From an uncultured Candidatus Saccharibacteria bacterium (GTDB lineage Bacteria > Patescibacteriota > Minisyncoccia > Phycocordibacterales > Phycocordibacteraceae): a stretch of DNA of 60,535 nt. The position numbers and the translations under genes are program-made. The stretch lies in NCBI GenBank assembly GCA_964651935.1, contig CAZYZM010000001.1, positions 1 through 60,535 on the forward strand, given 5' to 3'. Shown here piece by piece: positions 54,127-60,535 of this stretch. The notes beneath the pieces were generated by a model, which was not told the DNA's origin, did no database searches, and saw nothing but the letters and a program-made list of their open reading frames with translations. The first letter of the stretch is position 1. The number at the start of each line of letters is the position of its first letter.

Positions 54127-54134
54127 CGAGAGGC

Positions 54135-55010
54135 TTACCGGCTGCGCGCGGAGGGCGCCTTCCCGACAAGATGCACCGTACGCTGCGGGAACGGCATCTC
54201 GATGCCTGCCGCATCGAAGGCTATCTTCAGCCGCTTGCGCAGCTCGCCCGCCACGCCCCATTGCGCGCTCGGCTGCGTATCGCCGGAAATCTTTATCACT
54301 ACCGCAGAATCAGCGAATTCTTCCACGCGCTGGAATGTCGGCGGCGCGATGATATCCGCGCTCCATTCAGGGTCCGCGGCGAGTTCCGCGCCCACGCCGT
54401 CCACGAGCGCGATAACCTCCTCGAGCTTCGCGGCGTAGGGGATGCGGATAGCGAGGTTCACCCGCGAGAACAGCTTGGAAAGGTTCGCGACCCGGCGCAC
54501 TTCCCCATGGGGAACGTGGTGTACCGTGCCGTCCTCGTCGCGCAGCGTGGTCATGCGCAGGCTGATGTCCTCCACCGTGCCGCAGGTCGCGTCGAAGCAC
54601 ACCACGTCGCCCGTGCGGTACTGGTTCTCGACGATGAAGAACATGCCCGCGATGAGGTCGCGGATCAGGTACTGGCCGCCGAACCCTATGGCGACGCCGG
54701 CGATGCCCGCCGCCGCGAGGAGCGGGACGATATCCACGCCGAGCTCCGCGATGATCATGAGGGCGACGCAGACCCAGATGATGATGCGCAGCGTTCCGCC
54801 CACCACGCGGATGAGCGTGTCCTCGCGCTTCTCTTCCTCGCCGGAGGTATATCGGCCCTGGGTGACGAGCTTCCGGACGAGCCGGGTAACGAGCGCGCGC
54901 GAGAGGCGCGCGGCGACGAAGCCTCCCAGGAGCAGGAAGATGATGATCAGCCCGTGCCGCCCTGTCCGTGCGAGATACTCATGCACGGCGGCGTCCAGAG
55001 GAAATAGCAT
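54135..55010 (-). CDS. mechanosensitive ion channel (MscS family)
   Basis: 291 aa with 3 helices, then the MscS beta-domain block GDVVCFDATCGTVEDISLRMTTLRDEDGTVHHVPHGEV. Confidence 0.85.
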   Translation of the reverse strand: MLFPLDAAVHEYLARTGRHGLIIIFLLLGGFVAARLSRALVTRLVRKLVTQGRYTSGEEEKREDTLIRVVGGTLRIIIWVCVALMIIAELGVDIVPLLAAAGIAGVAIGFGGQYLIRDLIAGMFFIVENQYRTGDVVCFDATCGTVEDISLRMTTLRDEDGTVHHVPHGEVRRVANLSKLFSRVNLAIRIPYAAKLEEVIALVDGVGAELAADPEWSADIIAPPTFQRVEEFADSAVVIKISGDTQPSAQWGVAGELRKRLKIAFDAAGIEMPFPQRTVHLVGKAPSARSR

Positions 55011-55064
55011 ACCTCAACAGTAGCGAGGATACGCAGGAACGCAACCGGGGATATCCGGACTATC

Positions 55065-56600
55065 TCACCCGCAGAGCGCGCCGAGCGCCGCGAGCGTCTT
55101 AGGGCCGACGAGCCCGTATCCGGCGCCGCCCTCGTGCGCGATGCCGTGCGCCTCTTGGAACCGTTCGACGGCCGCTTCCGTCGCCGGGCCGAAGTAGCCG
55201 GTTACGAGCTGTTCAGGATAGAGCGCCGGGTCGCGCGCAAGCAGGCGCTGCAGGCGCGTTACGTCCCCTTCCGCATCCTGGTCGTGCGCGTCCTTCGCGA
55301 GGCCCTGTTCGGGGAGGAGGCATGCCGCGCCGCTGGCAGACGGCGCGGCCGGAGCTGCAGGCTGGTCGCTGAAAAGCCGGTTCAGGGTCGCGACCGTCTT
55401 CGGGCCGAGCGTTCCGGTCGTCTCCCATCCGTTGGATATCTGGAACGCCTCTATGCCGTTCGTCGTGCACGGGCCGATGACGCCGTCGATAGGGCACATC
55501 GTCAGCGTGGGCGGCGCGATACGCGCATTCGCCGGGGTCGTGGACGCGTAGGCAGGATAGAAGCCGAGCGTATGGAGCGCAGCCTGGAGCGCATAGACGG
55601 CCGGGCTCGAACTCGCTTCCGTGGGGATAGAAGAGCTCGCGAACGTGAACGGGAGCGATGCGGTCGGATACTTCGCCGCCGCCGGATCCTTGAAGAAATC
55701 CTGGATGCCGAGATAGGTCTCGTAGGCGTAATCCTTCGTCACGACCTGGCGGACCTCCGGGTGCATGAAGCGCGGCTCGGTGAGGTAAGCGTATTCCATG
55801 AGCACGCTCGGCACGGAAAGCGTGTCGAAGGCGCCGAGCGCGATGAGCTCCTGGTCCTCGACCACGCCCCTGTTCTCGATAGGCAGCGTCGAGGTCGCGC
55901 TCATCGCGGAGAGGCGCGCGGCGACCGCCTCGCCGACCGGGCGCGAGGTATCGGCGTTCCCGTACTGGGCGTCAGGGACGTAAACGGCGTATCCAGAGTA
56001 CGCGCTCGGGCTGTCCGGGCCATGGTCGGTCGTGTCGTTCACGTGCGCATGCACGACCAGGTCGATGTCGTGCTCGTTCGCCCAGCGGTTTATTCCGTAA
56101 AGGCGCAGCGCGACATCGCTGGGCGCGGCGGCATGATCCACCTGCTCGGCATCTTCGCGCTCGGTAACGCGCCCGTGCCGCACGTCCTTCTCGAAATCGT
56201 CCTTCTTATCATCGACAAAGTCCTCGATATCGTCCCATTCGTCTTCGAAATACTCCTGCAGGCCCTCGTTCCATGCCGTGTTCGAGCGCGCCTCGATGAC
56301 CTCGAAGCGCGGGTTCTGCTGCAGGTACGCGGCGAGCTGGTCGGCTATCTCGACGGTTATCTCGCGCTCGTACACGCCCTGGTACACCGCCCCGCCGAAG
56401 CCGGGCTCATGCCCGGGGACGACGAGGATGCGTACCTTCTGGCCGCCGTTCCCCGCGTCCGCGTATGCCTGCACGAGCTCGGCGACGGTCGCCGTCTTCC
56501 GGTCATCATCCTTCTTGGTCTTCGCGAACGCATACGTCGCCGGCACGACGAAGCTCACGGCGAGGATGAGGGCGAGTGCGGCAAGGTACGTGCGCTTCAT
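55065..56600 (-). CDS. N-acetylmuramoyl-L-alanine amidase (Amidase_3-like) with two PG-binding domains
   Basis: Trimmed to MKRTYLAALALILAVSFVVPATYAFA (alternative ATG at 56618). Blocks ILVVPGHEPGFGGAV and DLVVHAHVND, plus two PG_binding_1-like repeats (VYALQAALHTLGFY; VTRLQRLLA...GYFGPATEAAVERFQ). Confidence 0.7.
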   Translation of the reverse strand: MKRTYLAALALILAVSFVVPATYAFAKTKKDDDRKTATVAELVQAYADAGNGGQKVRILVVPGHEPGFGGAVYQGVYEREITVEIADQLAAYLQQNPRFEVIEARSNTAWNEGLQEYFEDEWDDIEDFVDDKKDDFEKDVRHGRVTEREDAEQVDHAAAPSDVALRLYGINRWANEHDIDLVVHAHVNDTTDHGPDSPSAYSGYAVYVPDAQYGNADTSRPVGEAVAARLSAMSATSTLPIENRGVVEDQELIALGAFDTLSVPSVLMEYAYLTEPRFMHPEVRQVVTKDYAYETYLGIQDFFKDPAAAKYPTASLPFTFASSSIPTEASSSPAVYALQAALHTLGFYPAYASTTPANARIAPPTLTMCPIDGVIGPCTTNGIEAFQISNGWETTGTLGPKTVATLNRLFSDQPAAPAAPSASGAACLLPEQGLAKDAHDQDAEGDVTRLQRLLARDPALYPEQLVTGYFGPATEAAVERFQEAHGIAHEGGAGYGLVGPKTLAALGALCG

Positions 56601-56709
56601 ACCGCGATTGTACCGCATCTGTTCCTGTTGCACGTGTGAAGAACGTTCCGTGCGCGGCACCGGGCGGCGCGCAGAGCGCGAACGCGCGCCGAAGCGTATA
56701 CTTATATAC

Positions 56710-58884
56710 GTGAACGCGGACGACCTTCTGACCCAGCATCTTCCCCGCCTGCGCGCCGACCAGAAATCGGCGCTTGCGCGCCTGGGCATACGCACCGTCC
56801 GCGACCTCCTTTATCACTTTCCTGCGCGATATGAAGCCTCCGGCCCCGCCGGCACTATCGCGAACGTCGCATCCGGCGCGGACGTAACCTTGTTCGGCAC
56901 CATCCGCAAGCCCGAGACGCGCAAGGCATGGAAGAGCCGCCGCCCCATGGCCGAAGCCTGGCTCGAGGACTCTTCCGGACGCATAAAGATCATGTGGTTC
57001 TCGCAGCCGTACATGGCGAAGATGGTGCGCGACGGCATGGTCGTGAAGGCGACCGGCCGCATCGCCGGCACGGGAAGCAAGCGCTACCTCGCGAATCCCG
57101 AGATAGACCAAAGCCCCGTGCGGCCCGACGAGGTGCACGAGTCGCTCTTCTCGGCGCCGGAATCCTCTGCCGCTATCATCGAGGACACGCTCTACGCCAT
57201 CTATCCTGAGAGCCGCGGCGTCTCCTCGCTCTGGTTCCTGCACGCGATGAAGCGCGTCTTCGAGGCGCGCGTGCACGAGCGCATTCCCGACCCGCTTCCG
57301 GCCGAGATACTCGAGCGGTACAGCCTGCCGCCGCTCGCCACGGCGCTCGTGTGGATCCACGCGCCGCGGCGGCAGCAGGATGCCGCCGCGGCGAAGAAGC
57401 GCTTCGCCTTCGAGGAGATCTTCACGCTGCAGCTCGCGCTCGCGCGCGAGCGGGCGCAGGCGGTAAAAGAGAGAGCATTGCCGGTGAGCGTCGACCGCTC
57501 CTCGCTCAAGGATTTCATCGGCACCTTCCCCTTCCCCGCGACCGAGGCTCAGGAGCGCGCCATCGGCACCATCGTGGATGACTTCGAGAAGGCGCACCCT
57601 ATGCGCCGCCTTCTGGAAGGAGACGTGGGCAGCGGCAAGACCGCGGTCGCCGCAGCCACCAGCTATCTCGTCGCCACGAGCACGCCGCCCGGACGCAGCT
57701 CCGGCACGCTCCAGGTCGCCTACATGTGCCCCACCGAGATACTCGCCAAGCAGCATTTCTCTACGTTCGTCTCGTATTTCAAAGACCACCCCATCCCTAT
57801 CGGCCTCATCACCGGCAGCGAGTGCCGCAAGTTCCCGAGCAAGGTGCCCTATGAGGAATCGGCGAAGATATCGCGCGCGCAGTTCGCCAAATGGGTGAAG
57901 AACGGCGAGATTCCCATCGTCATCGGCACGCACGCGCTCGTCTACAAGTCGCTCGAGTTCCAGAACCTCGCCTACGCCATCATCGACGAGCAGCACCGCT
58001 TCGGGAAGGCGCACCGCCAGAAGCTCACGAAGAAGCACGCCGTCTCCCCGCATCTTCTTTCCATGACGGCGACGCCCATCCCGCGTACGCTCGCGCTCAC
58101 CATCTATGGCGACCTCGACCTTTCCGTGCTCGACCAGATGCCCGCTGGCCGCAAGCCCATCATCACGGAGGTGCTCGGACCGGAAAAGCGCGAGAAGGCG
58201 TACGACCGCGTGCGCACGGAGCTCGCGGCCGGCCGCCAGGCATACGTCATCTGCCCGCGCATCGACGAGCCTGATCCGACGAAGGAGCTCGCCGTGCAGG
58301 CGCGCTCAGTGAAGGCAGAAGCGGCGCGCCTCAAGAAGGAGGTATTCCCTGAGGCGACAGTCGGCATCCTGCACAGCAAGATGACGCCGGCCGAGAAGGA
58401 GAAATCCATGCAGGCGTTCGAGAAAGGCGCGACCGATATCCTCGTAGCCACCTCCGTCGTGGAGGTGGGCGTGAACGTGCCGAACGCCACCGTCATCCTC
58501 ATAGAAGGCGCCGAGCGCTTCGGCCTGGCGCAGCTGCATCAGCTGCGCGGCCGCGTCATCCGCTCGAACCATCAGGCGTACTGCTTCGCGCTGCCCGAAT
58601 CATACGGAAACAGCACGAAGGAACGGCTGAAGGCGCTCACGACCGCCAAAGACGGCTTCGAGCTCGCCGAGTACGACCTCGCGCTGCGCGGCGCGGGCGA
58701 GCTTGCCGGCAACCGCCAGTGGGGCGTCTCCGATATCGCCATGGAGGCCATCAAGAACCTGCGGCTCGTGGAAGCTGCCAGAACGGAAGCCGCAGCCATC
58801 ATCGAGCGCGACCCGGAGCTCGCGACGCTGCCCGCGCTCGCGCCCATCGTCGCGCAGAAGCTGGAACGGCTGTATATGGAGTAA
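56710..58884 (+). CDS. recG: ATP-dependent DNA helicase RecG
   Basis: Start set at GTG 56710 (MNADDLLTQHLPRL); the upstream in-frame stretch overlaps the divergent amidase gene. Wedge domain, GDVGSGKT, DEQHRFG and the helicase C motifs QLHQLRGRVIR. Confidence 0.9.
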   Translation: MNADDLLTQHLPRLRADQKSALARLGIRTVRDLLYHFPARYEASGPAGTIANVASGADVTLFGTIRKPETRKAWKSRRPMAEAWLEDSSGRIKIMWFSQPYMAKMVRDGMVVKATGRIAGTGSKRYLANPEIDQSPVRPDEVHESLFSAPESSAAIIEDTLYAIYPESRGVSSLWFLHAMKRVFEARVHERIPDPLPAEILERYSLPPLATALVWIHAPRRQQDAAAAKKRFAFEEIFTLQLALARERAQAVKERALPVSVDRSSLKDFIGTFPFPATEAQERAIGTIVDDFEKAHPMRRLLEGDVGSGKTAVAAATSYLVATSTPPGRSSGTLQVAYMCPTEILAKQHFSTFVSYFKDHPIPIGLITGSECRKFPSKVPYEESAKISRAQFAKWVKNGEIPIVIGTHALVYKSLEFQNLAYAIIDEQHRFGKAHRQKLTKKHAVSPHLLSMTATPIPRTLALTIYGDLDLSVLDQMPAGRKPIITEVLGPEKREKAYDRVRTELAAGRQAYVICPRIDEPDPTKELAVQARSVKAEAARLKKEVFPEATVGILHSKMTPAEKEKSMQAFEKGATDILVATSVVEVGVNVPNATVILIEGAERFGLAQLHQLRGRVIRSNHQAYCFALPESYGNSTKERLKALTTAKDGFELAEYDLALRGAGELAGNRQWGVSDIAMEAIKNLRLVEAARTEAAAIIERDPELATLPALAPIVAQKLERLYME

Positions 58885-58887
58885 GGC

Positions 58888-58920
58888 AAAAGCCGCTCCG
58901 ATACGATGGAGCGGCTTTTG
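58888..58920 (+). terminator. intrinsic terminator after recG
   Basis: AAAAGCCGCTCC-GATACGAT-GGAGCGGCTTTT directly after the stop codon. Confidence 0.85.
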
Positions 58921-59014
58921 CAGCTAGTCCTGCAATGTCTGCGGAACAACTCTGTCATACATAAAGGTACTACGGATAAGATTCTCATGTCAAGAATCAT
59001 ATTCAGCTATCATG

Positions 59015-59084
59015 CGCTGGCGGAGGGGTTCGAACCCTCAGGACTAGCTTTGACAGAGCAATTTCCTGCAGCCATGCCGCCAGC
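59015..59084 (-). pseudogene. tRNA-like element with a GTC anticodon loop and a degenerate D arm (possible tRNA-Asp pseudogene or mimic)
   Basis: Reverse complement is GCTGGCG-GCATGGCTGCAGGAAA-TTGCT-CTGTCAA-AGCTA-GTCCT-GAGGG-TTCGAAC-CCCTC-CGCCAGC-G. Acceptor, anticodon and T arms are good, but only 16 nt lie between the acceptor and anticodon stems and no canonical D stem forms. Confidence 0.45.
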
Positions 59085-59190
59085 ACGGGAGAGGATAGCG
59101 AATCATCGTTCATATTCCACAAAAGAAAATCTCAAATCGGCCTGATTTTTGCATAAAAGCTGCATGGAACGTACACTCTAGAAAAATTCT

Positions 59191-60054
59191 ATGCTCAGAA
59201 AGTACCTTATCCGATTCTTTTTCATACTCGTCTACATCTTCGCCGCCATCGGCTTCTTCCTCACGGCAGGCTATTTCGCCGTGCGCTTCGGCCTCACGAA
59301 CGAGTCCGGCATCATCGACCAGCAACGCGAGGCCTTCTTCGAGGGCATCGCGCCGCATACCCAGCCGGCGGGCGCCGGGCTTGCCGATTCTGCGCCTTCA
59401 TATGCAGGGCCGTGGCAGCATTCAGAGGAATGGCGGGTCATGGAAGAGGCGATACGCCGCGACCAGGCGACGCTCGAGCGCGCAGCGGGCGACAGCGGCG
59501 TGCCTGCCCGCCTCATCGCGGCCAATCTCGTCGCCGAGCAGCTGCGCCTCTTCTTCACCGAACGCGAAGCGTATAAGAAATGGTTCTATCCGCTCAAGAT
59601 ACTCGGCCCGCAATCGCAGTTCTCCTGGGGCGTCATGGGCATGAAGGAGAAGACGGCCCTAGAGGTCGAGGAGCATCTGAAGAATCCGGACTCGCCGTAC
59701 TACCCCGGGCCGCAGTACGAGCACCTGCTCGATTTCCCGCCGGATACGAAGGATATCTCCGCCGCGCGCTTCACGCGCATGACCGACCAGCACGACCATT
59801 ACTGGAGCTATCTCTATGCCGGACTCTATATAAAGGAGGTGGAAGCGCAGTGGGCAGATGCCCGCTACCCCATCGAGGGGAACGTCGCCATCATCTCGAC
59901 GCTGTATAACATCGGCTTCGCGCATTCGAATCCCAACCCGAACCCGCAGGTAGGCGGCGCGGCTATCGCGCTTTCCGACGGCACGCGCTCATTCGGCGCG
60001 CTCGCGGCGGAGTTCTACAGCTCTACGCTCCTTGCCGATATCCTTCCTCAGTAA
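59191..60054 (+). CDS. hypothetical membrane-anchored protein
   Basis: 287 aa with an N-terminal helix FFFILVYIFAAIGFFLTAGYFAV and a soluble C-terminal domain with no recognised motif. Confidence 0.6.
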   Translation: MLRKYLIRFFFILVYIFAAIGFFLTAGYFAVRFGLTNESGIIDQQREAFFEGIAPHTQPAGAGLADSAPSYAGPWQHSEEWRVMEEAIRRDQATLERAAGDSGVPARLIAANLVAEQLRLFFTEREAYKKWFYPLKILGPQSQFSWGVMGMKEKTALEVEEHLKNPDSPYYPGPQYEHLLDFPPDTKDISAARFTRMTDQHDHYWSYLYAGLYIKEVEAQWADARYPIEGNVAIISTLYNIGFAHSNPNPNPQVGGAAIALSDGTRSFGALAAEFYSSTLLADILPQ

Positions 60055-60376
60055 GGTCAATGACGTCCGGACGCGGGCTTTCTGATGCGGCGAGCCGGGT
60101 CTCGGCATCGTGCGCGGCCTGCCGCTGCGCTTCGGCTTCGCGGGCGAGCGCATCGTTATGCTTCTCTAACCTGCGCATATGGAACGCATCGCCGATGGCG
60201 CTCGGAAGGACCATGAGGAACGTGATCAGAGCGCCTACCAGGAGGGCGAGCAGGATGAGCGCGGCGATCGAGGACTCGAACTGCCAGTTCAGGAACATAA
60301 GGGGCACTACCGCGGTATTCTGCGTTATGAATAAGAGCGCGGCGGCGCCGAGCACGAAGCCGATGATGATTCCCAT
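60023..60376 (-). CDS. LapA/DUF1049-like small membrane protein
   Basis: Trimmed to MGIIIGFVLGAAALLFITQN (ATG 60376), because the longer ORF runs into the tRNA gene. It has two helices followed by a charged coiled tail. Confidence 0.55.
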   Translation of the reverse strand: MGIIIGFVLGAAALLFITQNTAVVPLMFLNWQFESSIAALILLALLVGALITFLMVLPSAIGDAFHMRRLEKHNDALAREAEAQRQAAHDAETRLAASESPRPDVIDLTEEGYRQGA

Positions 60377-60442
60377 AGGTCGAACTATATCCTTCGAACC
60401 TGAATATTCCCTGAAGCTGGGCGGCATGAGCCGCGAGGCATG

Positions 60443-60516
60443 TCCACCCTCTTGGACTCGAACCAAGGACCCTCGAGGTATAAGCTCGATGCTCTAACCA
60501 ACTGAGCTAAGGGTGG
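60443..60516 (-). tRNA. tRNA-Ile (anticodon TAT)
   Basis: Reverse complement is CCACCCT-TA-GCTC-AGTTGGTTA-GAGC-A-TCGAG-CTTATAC-CTCGA-GGGTC-CTTGG-TTCGAGT-CCAAG-AGGGTGG-A. All stems are perfect and the anticodon is UAU. Confidence 0.85.
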
Positions 60517-60535
60517 GTACGGCCACTATACCGTC

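Noticed and set aside
55134-56639. 501-aa plus-strand ORF
   Set aside because: It is antisense to the amidase/PG-binding gene. Arg-rich shadow ORF.
56506-58053. 515-aa minus-strand ORF
   Set aside because: It is antisense to recG, whose helicase motifs GDVGSGKT and DEQHRFG are on the plus strand.

Overview
High-GC bacterial chromosomal window. Hand-counted 60-nt lines are about 70% GC in core regions, about 52-53% in 4-9.7 kb, and about 30% in the 10 kb island. It is almost fully coding, mostly on the minus strand. All calls rest on by-eye motif recognition in the supplied ORF translations and on manual folding of RNA genes; no searches were run. Content: (i) housekeeping genes: ligA, gatC/gatA, recG, malic enzyme, cfa, a P-type ATPase, MATE, ABC and DMT transporters, MscS, two histidine kinases and an OmpR-type regulator. 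(ii) A complete secretin-less type IV pilus locus, 38.4-49.9 kb, running pilM-N-O-x-pilB-receiver-pilT-pilC, two tandem pilins, pilD and four minor pilins. A third pilin lies at 53.5 kb, and comF is divergent from pilM. (iii) Several large secreted or anchored low-complexity surface proteins, a peptidase G1-like protein, a CAP-domain protein and a beta-helix/PG-binding protein. (iv) Seven tRNA or tRNA-like genes, including a UAU-anticodon tRNA-Ile and a degenerate tRNA-like element. (v) A sharply AT-rich islet at about 9.8-11.65 kb. It carries what looks like a minimal graspetide (omega-ester RiPP) cassette: consensus promoter, 60-aa precursor, attenuator hairpin, MdnC/MvdD-like ATP-grasp maturase and terminator. 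This is my top candidate for the unusual system. Other items worth a second look: a G13 tract plus a 56-bp perfect palindrome upstream of the third pilin; an 89-bp perfect repeat shared by the tandem pilins; a speH-unknown-EamA operon; and a two-component operon that continues into an isoprenoid-synthase-like protein and a Com-zinc-ribbon/PAS fusion. No rRNA, CRISPR array, transposase or integrase was seen. The lineage guess, an uncultivated monoderm-type bacterium possibly of the Patescibacteria/CPR, is inference only.
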